Of a stretch of 64,000 bases of DNA, positions 45,153 to 55,691 are shown one piece after another (the first letter of the stretch is position 1; every line of letters starts with the position of its first letter). The position numbers and the translations under genes were made by a program. Below the pieces are notes generated by a model, which saw only the letters and a program-made list of their open reading frames with translations, did no database searches and was not told where the DNA came from. Source of the stretch: an uncultured Gammaproteobacteria bacterium. Lineage in GTDB: Bacteria > Pseudomonadota > Gammaproteobacteria > CAWCPV01. The stretch lies in assembly GCA_963797555.1 (NCBI GenBank), contig CAWCPV010000003.1:288001-352000 (forward strand), in the 5' to 3' direction.

Positions 45153-45214
45153 AAACATGCCATAATGATTGTCCTTGGTTTTTACTTTTACCGGACAGAG
45201 CGGAGAAGGGACTA

Positions 45215-45721
45215 ATGGCACATGCCGCGGCTGGCGTCGAGGCCACCATACGGGGATTTGGGAGCACACTGCACGGGGTCATGCATGCTCCTAACCTTGC
45301 CCTCTTGCGGAGCGTCGACCAGACTGTCGACAGTCTGGCGCGCGAGCAAGAGATAGTCGCTGGATTCGAGCAGATTGCCCGCGGAGCGCTGCAAGCGCTC
45401 AAGGATTGCCGGCCAAAGCGGGCGATCGACCTGGATGGCACGTTGTGCGAGCAGTTGTTGTCAGGCGAGACCGCCATGAAGGCCCGGATTGACGAGTGTC
45501 AGAAGAAAAGGCAAGCGGCGTTTGATGACCCGATGCTTCGCGGTGCGCATGAAAGTGCGGTTGTGTCGGAGTACGACCGCTCGATCGCCTTATGGCGCGG
45601 CCTTCACAATGCGACCGTCGAACTACGCTGGGCTGTGATGGAGTCTGATGCGGACATGGAAGCACCTGTGTCCGAAGAAGCTGAATCGTTGGAAGGCCTT
45701 ATCTCGTCTCTGAAGGCGTAA
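45215..45721 (+). CDS. putative antitoxin
   Basis: Directly upstream of RelE-like gene; acidic tail ESLEGLISSLKA resembling RelB-type antitoxin tails. Confidence 0.55.
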   Translation: MAHAAAGVEATIRGFGSTLHGVMHAPNLALLRSVDQTVDSLAREQEIVAGFEQIARGALQALKDCRPKRAIDLDGTLCEQLLSGETAMKARIDECQKKRQAAFDDPMLRGAHESAVVSEYDRSIALWRGLHNATVELRWAVMESDADMEAPVSEEAESLEGLISSLKA

Positions 45722-45727
45722 AGGTGC

Positions 45728-45997
45728 ATGGCCAAAACCCTAGGGGTCAAAGGGTTTAAGCCGTTACCGCGGTTCAAGCGACTCTTCAGGAAACTGGATC
45801 CAAGCGTTCAACAGCAGGTTAAAGATACGCTTGCTGACCTTCAGAAGAACCCCATCCCACCAGGGCGTAGAGTCAAGAAGATGGAGGGACACAAGGATGT
45901 GTGGGAGGCGAGGGTCAACGACAATTTTAGGCTGACCTTCAAGATAGAGGGGGATACTGCAATCCTTCGGAACGTCGGCACCCACGATATTTTGTAA
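45728..45997 (+). CDS. RelE/ParE-family toxin
   Basis: 89 aa basic; FKRLFRKL..KKMEG..WEARVN..FRLTF..LRNVGTHDIL. Confidence 0.8.
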   Translation: MAKTLGVKGFKPLPRFKRLFRKLDPSVQQQVKDTLADLQKNPIPPGRRVKKMEGHKDVWEARVNDNFRLTFKIEGDTAILRNVGTHDIL

Positions 45998-46146
45998 CAC
46001 CCATTCTGTAACACCGGCGTCGGTAGGCGCCGGGCTATTGGGACGCGGCACCGCCCCCACGATGGCGGGCGCAGGCGTCACAGGACGCCCCAGGCGTCGC
46101 GATCTCGGCCGACTCCATAGGGTGGTATCTCCCCCGGAAGCGCGGC

Positions 46147-46497
46147 TCACTGGTCCAGCTCGACCGCCTCGAATTTAATCCAGAACTCCCGCGTGTCGCC
46201 CTTCAGCCTCACCTGCATGAGGCCGGAGAACATCGCCGTGTCCACCTCATAGACCTGCTGGCCGTCCTTGAACACGATGCACCGGCCCGCCACGACCGCG
46301 ACCGTCAGCAGCTTCTTGAACGCCTCTAGGTCGTGATCACTCGCGAGCCGACCGAGCTTGTCATAGAGATCCCGGTCGACGCAGCCGACGTGCGAATCCC
46401 CCTTGATGTGGCCAGTCAGGGACGCCTGCACAGGCGCGATGCTCAGCAGCAGCCCGAACATCATCCCTAGGCATAGTGCGCCTTCTCTTTTGGTCAT
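46147..46497 (-). CDS. small secreted hypothetical protein
   Basis: Signal peptide, two Cys in mature part. Confidence 0.6.
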   Translation of the reverse strand: MTKREGALCLGMMFGLLLSIAPVQASLTGHIKGDSHVGCVDRDLYDKLGRLASDHDLEAFKKLLTVAVVAGRCIVFKDGQQVYEVDTAMFSGLMQVRLKGDTREFWIKFEAVELDQ

Positions 46498-46664
46498 AAG
46501 CCACCCTACCCTGACCCCGCCCCCGCGCGGGGTTTTTGTGCCTGCCGACGCATCGTAACAGCACCGTAACGCGTTACGGGTAACGGTCGGTTGCGATGCA
46601 CTTACAGAGCACTTACGCCTGACCGTCGGCTTTTTCTCACCCTTGCCGAGACCCTTCTGGGAGT

Positions 46665-46739
46665 TGGTGGGCGATGCTGGGTTCGAACCAGCGACCCCTG
46701 CCGTGTGAAGGCAGTGCTCTCCCGCTGAGCTAATCGCCC
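46665..46739 (-). tRNA. tRNA-Val(CAC)
   Basis: GGGCGATTAGCTCAG..ctgcc-ttcacac-ggcag..GTTCGAACC..ACCA. Confidence 0.96.
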
Positions 46740-46793
46740 GCTGCGGAACAGTGTAAGGATACCCCGCAGCATCGTCAACGTGCCGCGAATGTG

Positions 46794-48691
46794 TGTAGCG
46801 CCAAAGTCGTAATGTCCCCTTTGACCAAAGTCGTAATGTCCCCTTTTGGTACTCGAAGGGGGACGTATGGAAGAAGGGGTGATCACGATGAGCCGGCGAG
46901 AGTTGGAGCGACTTGAGGTGATGCAGCGGGTGGCGGGCAGGCGGATCAAACAGGGCGATGCGGCCCGCATGCTGGGGCTATCGGTTCGGCAGGTGAAGCG
47001 CCTAGTGTGTGCGTACCGGCAGGACGGGGCAGCGGGCTTGGTGAGCAAGCGCCGGGGTCGCCGGTCCCATCAGCGCATCCCGGAGGCGGAGAAGGCGCGT
47101 TGTCTTGCCATCGTCCAGTCTCAGTACCCCGACTTCGGCCCAACGCTTGGGGCTGAGTATCTGGCCCAGGCGCACGGGTTTCCCTACTCGGTGGAGACCC
47201 TGCGCGGCTGGATGTCTGAGGCCGGGCTGTGGCAACGAGGCCAAGCCAAGGCGAGCCGTCCCCATCCCCCGCGTGAGCAACGCCCTCGGCTGGGCGAGCT
47301 GATCCAGATCGAGGGCAGCCCGCACGACTGGTTCGAGGGCCGGGGGCCGCGCGTGAGCCTCATCGGCTTCATCGACGATGCCACCAGCCGGGTGATGGCC
47401 GCCCGCTTCGCACCGGTGGAGTCGAGCCGGGCTTACCTCAGTGTGCTCGCGGCGTATGTGCGCCGTCATGGGTGCCCAGTGGCCTTCTATAGCGCGCCGC
47501 CACTCCATCTTCACCAAACACGACCCGCAAGACCCCGAGCCCACCCAGTTCGAGCGCGCGCTGGGGAGCCTCGACATCGCCTCCATCCAGGCCCTCTCCC
47601 CGCAGGCCAAGGGGCGGGTGGAGCGGCTGTTCCAGACCCTTCAGGACCGCCTGGTCAAAGCACTGCGGATGGCACACATCCAGGACATCGACGCCGCCAA
47701 CGTCTTGCTCGACACTTACCTCGAGCGGCACAACGCGCGCTTCGCCGTCGCGCCCGCACCCCCGCAGGATACCCACCGGCCCTGGAGCGGCTCGGTCGCC
47801 GAGCTCTCCCACCTCTGCTCGCTGCAGCACGCGCGCACCCTCTCCAAGAACCTGGTGGTCAGCTTCAGGGGTCAGCGTTACATCCTCCAGACCCCGGCCC
47901 ACGCCCCGCGCTATGGCCTGCGGGGACGGCGCATCACCGTATGCGAGCACCCCGACGGCACCATCGAACTGCTCAACGGCACCGAGGTCCTGCCGTACAG
48001 AGTCTTCGATGAGCGCCGCGACGGGCCTGCCGACCGCAGCGTCGATGACAAGACGCTCAACCAACGGGTCGACCAGGCCATCGCCCGCCTCGCCCCGAGA
48101 ACGCCCCGGAAGCCCCCGGCAGATCACCCTTGGCGGCGACCCTTGCACCCCCATCCCAGACCAACCGCCACCAGCAAGAACTGCCCCTAACTCCCTGAGG
48201 TAAGCCCCCGGCTTTGCCGGGGGACTCACCGAGGTTTGACCTATACGACGGTCGTCGTGAATCTCCAATCTCCGCCAAGAGAAGGAGACGCACGATGAAA
48301 GAGTAGCAGAGTCTGAGCCACACGAAGTGGGACTGTAAGTACCATGTGATATTCATCCCGAAAGCGCAGGAAGAAGCGGATCTTCGGGGCGCTGCGCCGC
48401 CACCTGGGACAGATCTTCCACGAGTTGGCGGGCCACAAGGTGTCCACAGTCGGCTTGGATGAGGCGATGGTGAGGGCCTACATCCGGAACCAAGACCAAC
48501 AGGACGAGCGATACGAGATCAGCTAACGCTGGGGACATAGGTCCAGCCGCCTTGGGCGGCTCCCGGTGTTATGGCGCCTTTGAGGCGCTCACCCAATAAG
48601 CCCCCGGCTTCGCCGGGGGTGAGTTAACTCTCGCCTCAAGGGGACATCTCTACTTTGCAGAAAAAGGGGACATTTCTACTTTGGGTTGACA
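46794..48691 (+). mobile_element. IS1202-family (ISNCY) element; transposase 46867..48190 frameshifted
   Basis: TGT..ACA ends with repeated aaagt..aatgtcccc motifs; 15-bp target duplication cgtgccgcgaatgtg; GELIQIEGS.HDW, QAKGRVER.F.TLQDRL. Confidence 0.88.
48193..48628 (+). mobile_element. internally deleted IS200 derivative (MITE-like), copy 1
   Basis: Both hairpin ends present; tnpA lacks the HUH segment. Confidence 0.85.
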
Positions 48692-48769
48692 CGTGCCGCG
48701 AATGTGGCTCTAGCACGCTCTGTGTGGAATGGTACGCTGCTGGGCACTCCGAGCGAGGGAGGAACCAGC

Positions 48770-48955
48770 CCACTGACCTGTTCACTGCGGCACTCGGACA
48801 CCAAGCACCCTTGGCGGTGCGGGACATCCGCTTCGAGCCGGAGCAGGGGGAGATTCACTTCGAGCTCACCTGCCTGGCCAAACGCCTGCCCTGCCCGGTA
48901 TGCGGGCAGTCGGAGCAACCGATTCACGCTCGTCAGGAGCGCACTTGGCAGCAAG
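48770..48955 (+). pseudogene. ISL3 transposase N-terminal fragment
   Basis: LFTAALG..CPVCG..H...ERTW. Confidence 0.7.
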
Positions 48956-49304
48956 TTGGTGGTGCCGAAATTAACACCGTTCTTGGGCGGTGAGCTGTTG
49001 GGATCGGAACAGGGGTCGGCCTTTGCATCCGCGAACACCGTGAAGGCAAAAACGGTATCCGAGTCCCACGTCTGGGCCGCTTGCTGGAGGGCCGCAGTAA
49101 AGGTCGCTCCGCGGAGCTCGCCACTGACGTGGTAGACGGATCCGGCCAGGCGGCTGCTTCGTAAACGCACGCGCCCCGGGCCGAGGTGCGGGAGAACAGC
49201 AGCGCCAACGCAAGGCTCATCGCGAACGCCCGTGTCATTCGCTCTAAGTCCCTCCTACTACTTGCGGCGTAGACCCAACACTCGTGTCACCGGCCGCCAT
49301 TTCG

Positions 49305-50550
49305 GTCAGAGCAATGCCAGCCGGGCGTTCATGTCGAGGTCGAATCGCCCATAGGGGTTGACGTGCTCCCAGATCAACGGTGTTCGGCGTAGTCGCGCGG
49401 CGTCAGCTTCCCCTGCCAGGGCGGCTGCGCAAGCACCTTCTGGATCATCAGCGTGTTGATGTAAACGATACAGTTCTGAATCAGGTGCAGCCCGAGCATG
49501 CTGATTTCGTGGTCCTCACGCCGGTTGCTGACCATCTCGCCGCGACGGGCGAAGAACACAAAGTCGGTAGCCCCGTTCCATTGTTCGACCACGTTCAGCC
49601 CCTCGTTAATCTCGCGGCGCAACGCTTCGGAATGCAGGTACTGGCACAGGAAGATCGTCTTGATCGCCTTCCCCAGCTCGGCGAGCGCCTTGTAGGTCGG
49701 GTGCTGCACGTTCTTCTTGGTGAAGCGCCGCAGGAGTGCCTCGGTTTCTGCCGTGCCCAGGCGCAAGGCGGTCGTGTACTTGATCATCTGGTCGTACTGG
49801 TGATGCACCAGCGCCCAGTCGATGGGTCGGGTCAGAATCTGTTGCAGATTCGCATGAGCGTCCGCCTTGCCGGTCTCCGGACGGTACAGCTTCTGTGAGT
49901 GGATCGCCTTCAGCCGTGGTAACAGCTGGAAGCCGAGAAGCCGGCAGAAGGCGGACGCGACCGTGCTCTGACCGTGGGAATCAACGTACTGGCGGTCCAC
50001 TTCCATTTCGGTGCAGTGATGGGCCACGCCTTCGATCATCGACGCCACTTCCGATGACGACGGCGACTTGAGCTGGGAGTGGATACACAGCGAGTTGCGC
50101 TCGACGTGCCAGTAGATCATGACGCCGCGCCCGCCGTAGCGGACATGCCACTGGGTGGTGAGGTTCTGATCCCATGCGCGGAAGTGCTTGGAATCGGAGG
50201 CGCAGGCGGTCGTGCCGCTGCCCCAGATCGCGGGGTTGCGGGCACGCAGCGTGCCGTCGGCAACGATGGCGATCGCCCGGCGCAGCGCATCGACGCCGAC
50301 GTAGCGCCGCCGCACGTAGGCCAAATCCTTGGCCGTCGCACCGGAATCCAGGCTCACCATGCGCTGCAAGCCGGCATTGGTCCGATCCCATGCAGGCACA
50401 ACAACAGGCGGGGCTGCAGCACCGAACGGTCCAGCGCTTCGTAGGCAGTCGGACTCTTCAGCACCTCGGTGAAGCCCAGGCGCCGGTCGGTTTCCTTGAC
50501 CCCATCTTCAACAGTCCTCGGGGCATGCCGGCTCGCAAAAGCGGCATGGT
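49305..50550 (-). pseudogene. Tn3-family transposase C-terminal fragment
   Basis: [37 protein letters not shown]. Confidence 0.88.
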
Positions 50551-50553
50551 GAC

Positions 50554-50990
50554 CTCCCTGAGGTAAGCCCCCGGCTTTGCCGAGGGACTCACCGAGGTTT
50601 GACCTATACGACGGTCGTCGTGAATCTCCGATCTCCGCCAAGAGAAGGGGATCCACGATGAAAGAGCACCAGAGTCCGAGCCACACGAAGTGGGACTGTA
50701 AGTACCATGTGGTATTCATCCCGAAGCGCAGGAAGAAGCAGATCTTCGGGACGCTGCGCCGCCACCTGGGACGGATCTTCCACGGGTTAGCGGGCCACAA
50801 GGTGTCCACAGTCGGCTTGGATGAGGCGATGGTGAGGGCCTACATCCGGAACCAAGACCAACAGGACGAGCGATACGAGATCAGCTAACGCTGGGGACAT
50901 AGGTCCAGCCGCCTTGGGCGGCTCCCGGTGTTATGGCGCCTTTGAGGCGCTCACCCAATAAGCCCCCGGCTTCGCCGGGGGTGAGTTAAC
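50554..50990 (+). mobile_element. internally deleted IS200 derivative, copy 2
   Basis: Near-identical to 48193..48628 with the same deletion junction. Confidence 0.85.
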
Positions 50991-51019
50991 TGGCGGGCAG
51001 TTGGAAATCAGCCGAATCA

Positions 51020-51710
51020 TGGTGCCACGGCCGCTCTCGGCAGCGGGTGATCGCCACACTGGGGCGGTTGGATACGCTGCTTGCCTCGGGTGGGCTGGAC
51101 GCTCTGGTGCGCTCGGCGGCGCGCTTCAGTGAGGCGCTGCTGATGCTCGATGCCCATGGTGCAGGCGAGACGCCGGTGGTGAGCTCGGAGCGCGTGGGGC
51201 CGGCGCTCATCTTCGAGCGGCTGTGGGCGCAGACCGGCTGCCAGGCGGTGGTGCAACGGCGCCTGGCGCGGCGGCAGTTCGGCTTTCCCGTGGAGCGGGC
51301 GGTGTTCCTGACGGTGCTGCACCGATTGCTCGCACCGGGCTCGGATCGCGCGGCCGAGCGCTGGCGGGAGCTGTACCGGCTGCCGGGAACCGAAGCGCTC
51401 GAGCTCCACCACCTGTACCGGGCCATGGCCTGGCTGGGGGAGGCGCTGCCGGCGGAGGCGCAGGCCGGGCGCACACCGTTCGCCCCGCGGTGCATCAAGG
51501 ACCTCATCGAGGATGACCTGTTCGCCTACCGCCGCGACCTGTTCACTACCCTGGACTTCTTCGACACCACCTCCTTGTACTTCGAGGGCGCGGGCGGAGA
51601 GAGCCTCGGTCAGTACGGACACAGCAAGGACCACCGGCCGGATCTCAAGCAGATGGTGGTGGGCGCGGTGTTGGACGGAGAAGGCCAGCCGGTGTGCTGC
51701 GAGCTGTGGC
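51020..51710 (+). pseudogene. IS1634-family transposase fragment
   Basis: HHLYRAMAWL, FFDTTSLYFEG, GHSKDHRPDLKQ. Confidence 0.85.
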
Positions 51711-51769
51711 TGCTTCAAGACCCTGTTCGACCAGACCTTGCCGAATGTTGCAAACCGTGCGCGGGGAAC

Positions 51770-51941
51770 ATGAGAATGCCTGCGCCGCTTGCGCATCGGT
51801 CCAGGCCGGTCCATCGGCATCAACCGTCAACAGGACGTTGGCATGTTTGATCCGATAGGCCGCAGCCTTGCCTTTGCTCACCAGCTCCGTGAGCATCGAA
51901 CGCTCCTCCTCCGTGAGACGCACAATGTATTGCTTGTTCAT
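51770..51941 (-). pseudogene. IS630-family N-terminal HTH fragment
   Basis: YIVRLTEEER..KGKAAA..HANVLL..D..GPAWTD. Confidence 0.75.
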
Positions 51942-52024
51942 AAGAGCACCTCCTGACAGACGACATCAAGAAATACTCTCAACACCCGGTGTTTGCAAGA
52001 TTTTATGAAACTTGGGTACTAGTG

Positions 52025-52270
52025 ACGGCTTGCGGTGCATGCCCCGTGCCAGGGCGTGCAGCAGGAAGCGACGCATGAACTCATCGACCGGTGGGCTCAT
52101 GCGAGCGTAGCGGCAACCGCCCTTGGCCCGGTAGTCCTTGAACTTGAAGGTGACCCCTTGCGCATCGAGGGCGAGCAGGCGGCTGTTGGCGATGGCCACG
52201 CGGTGGGTGTAGCGCGACAGGTAGGCGAGCACCGCCTGAGGCCCGGCGAAGGGGCGCTTGGCATAGATCT
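52025..52270 (-). pseudogene. IS91-family transposase fragment
   Basis: LAYLSRYTHRVAIANSRL..KDYR..EFMRRFLLH. Confidence 0.85.
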
Positions 52271-52359
52271 AACCCCACGCGCTGGCGCAGCGCCGCCTTG
52301 AACTCGTTCAGCGGGAGCGCCGCGGCAGAACCGTCACCTCGGGAAAAGAGCCAGAGACG

Positions 52360-52519
52360 GTCGGGATAGAAATGCGTTGCGCGCACAGCCGTAGGGTTCG
52401 GTGGCTCTTCCGCTGGTTTCCCAGCGGCCCTCAGTCCGACCTCCCCTAACTGCCACAGTTCCGCATGCCCCCCTGCGAGCCCGGACAGTGGGATTTCCCC
52501 AGTCCGGTCGGACCTTGAC
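52360..52519 (-). ncRNA. group II intron 3' remnant (domains V-VI)
   Basis: Near copy of 55692-55852, ending tctatcccgac. Confidence 0.75.
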
Positions 52520-52619
52520 TGACTCTTCAACAGTCACTGGCGCAGATTCCTGTTAAGACAGCCACTTATGGCGAGAAGGCTGGCGTGGCACCAGGACACG
52601 GCGCTGCTGAGTGGATGCG

Positions 52620-52990
52620 GGGTTCAGGCTTGAGCGGTATCCTCCAAGCGGCGCACCGTCGGCGGCAGGGCCACGCCGACGGCCTGGAAGACCTTGCCGC
52701 AGGTGGCCTTGGCTTCGGCTCGCAGCCCCCTCTCCTGCCACAGCCGCTCGAAGATGAGCGCCGGTCCCACCCGCTCGCAGGTTACTACCGGCTTCTCGCC
52801 TGCGCCATGGGCATCGAGCACCCGCAGCGCCGCGCCGAAGCGAGCCGCCGAGCACCAGAGAGTCCACCTCACCTGAGGCGAGCAGCGTATCCAACCGCCC
52901 CAGCGTGGCGAACACCCGTTGCCGGCAACGCCCGTCCTCCCAACGGTTCTCGACCACCTGAAGGTACACCCGATTTTGTCGTCAGACAGG
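52620..52990 (-). pseudogene. IS1634-family fragment with internal deletion
   Basis: YLQVVENRWEDG..RQRV.ATLGRLD; similar to 51020 region. Confidence 0.75.
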
Positions 52991-53506
52991 GTGACGTCGG
53001 CCATCATTCGGGTCCGACCGAGCGGAAACTGCCGCAGGCTGCGGGGTATGGGATGTGTTTGGCCGGACGCCGCCGTGTTCGATTTCGGCCGCTGGCGTCT
53101 CAACGAGACGCATCGGCTAGCTCTTCTAAGCGATCGTCCACATCTACTTATTCACGGGGTTCGACAAGCGGATCCGCGTCGCCACCCAGTGGCTTTCGCG
53201 CTATCTCATCTACCAGACTGGCGCGCGGCTAATCACCGGGCCGGAAAGCACCCGCAGTCCGTAGTCGCTGAGCGTTGTGCGGCTGCACGCAAAAGTGTAT
53301 GAACCGTCGGGTATACCGAGCCGCGCCCACCGCGGGCTGCTCGATCCCGTGGCTGCGCGCAAACGGCGGGGCTGCGACGGTGGCGGCGGCTTGATCTGCA
53401 CGTCCCATGGCGTGCACCCTTGAGGAGCCTCCGCGGTGCGTCGCATTTCGCTCCCGACGAACTGGTCAGGGACGCCTTCATCCGCGTGCAGGCCCGCGAC
53501 CGGGTG

Positions 53507-54160
53507 GAGCGCCATCCAGATCGCCCGGAGGTTCGCAGGCCGGCAGCGGAACTTCACCGGAGAGAATTTTTGGGCGCGCGGGTACTTTGTGTCCACGGTC
53601 GGCTTAGATGAGGCGATGGTCAGGGCCTACATCCGGAACCAAGAGCAAGAGGACGAGCGCTACGATCAGCTAACGCTGGGGACATAGGTCCAGCCGCCTT
53701 GGGCGGCTCCCGGTGTTATGGCGCCTTTGAGGCGCTCACCCAATAAGCCCCCGGCTTCGCCGGGGGTGAGTTAACTGGGTCTCGCACCACAGCGCGACTC
53801 ACCGCTCCAGCCCTTTGATATACCCCACGACGTTGGACACCGCATACTTCGGCGGTATGTTCAGGCACATGTGCACGTGATCGGACATCAGGTGGCCTTC
53901 AACCACCTTCGAGTCCTTGTGGCCCGCCAACTCGTGGAAGATCTGTCCCAGGTGGCGGCGCAGCGCCCCGAAGATCCGCTTCTTCCTGCGCTTTCGGGAT
54001 GAATATCACATGGTACTTACAGACCCACTTCGTGTGGCTCAGACTCTGGTACTCTTTCATCGTGCGTCTCCTCCTCTTGGCGGAGATTGGAGATTCACGA
54101 CGACCGTCGTATAGGTCAAACCTCGGTGAGTCCCCCGGCAAAGCCGGGGGCTTACCTCGG
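53507..54160. pseudogene. IS200 halves: 3' half on + (53507-53776), 5' half with DHVHM on - (53810-54160)
   Basis: FWARGYFVSTVG and hairpin ends. Confidence 0.8.
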
Positions 54161-54679
54161 GGAGTTAGCCTGAACCCGCTAGCGCGAGCCGAGGCACAGG
54201 CCCTCGTCTACCGCTTGCCCGAAGCCCTGCCTGACCGGAAAACGCACCTCCGCCTCACGCCCATCGAGTGCCTGAAGCGGCTGGGTCCTCATCCCGTTTC
54301 CGCGGGTGCACCGGTCTTCTCATCGACATGCGGCCGGGCGGGGTCGTCCTGGCGCCGCTCGCCCTGTGTTGCAGTCTTCCGCTGCCGCTTTTCCTCCTTT
54401 TTTTGTTTCTTGGCGAGGTCCCTCTGACGCTTCGCGAACGCGTAGTTTGGTTTGGCCATTTTTTCTCCTATCCAATGGGATTGCGCGGTTAGGGCAAACT
54501 ATGAGAGTCGGTCCTTTTGCCGTGCGCCATTCTCGGCAACGTATAACCATCAGAATGAGGTCGTTGAATAAATCCCCTACTACGGATGAGGTGATAGTGC
54601 TCACCACTACTGTCTGGAATGTTAGTTGAATAGATTAAGTTGGTTATATAATTCCAGAATTTCCGAATTGTGGATCGGA

Positions 54680-55240
54680 ATGCCTTCGACGAGCTGAAGA
54701 ACCCGTGGGGCTGCGGCGGCTTCACCACCCACGCGCCTGCATCGCATCATCAAGAAGCGGCTCGGCATCGGCCCGATCCCGATAGAGTTGGCCCAAGCTG
54801 AGAATCTCGTAATCGGTATTAGTCACCAGCACGGCGTACTCATAGCCGGTGAGGTGCTTGCCGGTCTTTGGATCTGTCTCGATGAATCCCAGCAGTTGCT
54901 GGCCGTTATCGTCCCGTGCAATCAGCACTTCCCCCTGGAGCGGGCGGCGCAACGACGCGCCGAGGCGCCCGCCATCCGCACAAACGCCGACTGCCGTCCT
55001 TGCCTTCCCAGCCTTGACCGGCATCCGTCCAGCCGGCTGACGTAGGGGTGGCCTTCCTCCCACCGGGACCACAGTCCGCCGAGCGTGAGAAATTCGATGC
55101 TGTAACGCCAGTGGCCCCTTCGGCATGGCCGCGCTCTGGATCTCCCAGCGCACCCGCACTCGGCCGCCGCCCGTCTGCACCGCCTCACGCGATGAAACCA
55201 TTTCTTGCGATCTCACCCGCTTCAGTTTCGACTCACCCAA
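54680..55240 (-). pseudogene. IS1380-family transposase fragments, rearranged
   Basis: YEYAVLVTN..YRDRADAE on - strand; FDELKNPWGCGGFTT on + strand. Confidence 0.7.
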
Positions 55241-55389
55241 CGGCTCGCCCGCGTCAATGTCTCGGATACCGCAGTCTGCCTAATTCCCGGGCACACTGCG
55301 CTCGGTCAAGGATAATAGCACGGAGACTCCCTCGCCGTGCGTACCACATCAACAACGCTGCCGCATCCGCGCTGCCAAGGATGACGAGC

Positions 55390-55545
55390 TGCCTCCCGTA
55401 CCAAGCCTTCATCGACGCTGATGTGCCGCGGATCGGTTGCGTTCCATGTGGCAAGACCAGCCAGGCCACAGTGTCATTGGCACGCCCCAAATGCGGTTTC
55501 ACGCAACTGCTGGAGGCGCTGTTGGTGACCTTGTGCAAGGCGTGC
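55390..55545 (+). pseudogene. ISL3 transposase fragment
   Basis: YQAFIDADVPRI.C..CG..ARP..GFT.L.EAL. Confidence 0.7.
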
Positions 55546-55691
55546 CGGTAGACACCATCGCGGACGGTTGGGCGACGACGCCCTGCGCGGGTGCTCGACC
55601 ATGACGACGTGAAGCGTGCAGGCACGACTTGAGCGACGTGCGCACGTTGGTCCTCTCGCCGCGACACCCGCCGCGAGCAGGCTTCTTGTTG

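Larger units (their letters stand above)
36843..46712 (+). mobile_element. satellite element B (about 9.8 kb) integrated in tRNA-Val, no integrase gene
   Basis: att repeats; paired gcacttac repeats near both ends; AlpA-like, ATPase, cos motif, TerS, capsid, CRISPR array, TA. Confidence 0.88.

Noticed and set aside
45109-45205. Partial similarity of the first spacer (taccgga..agcgg) to the TA upstream region, suggesting CreTA-like autorepression
   Set aside because: Seven contiguous matches followed by a gap; too weak to claim
44673-45269. Repetitive ORFs such as RARSHP repeats
   Set aside because: Translations of the CRISPR repeats
54420-54680. AT-rich patch as a possible gene
   Set aside because: Short, bounded by IS debris, no supportable ORF
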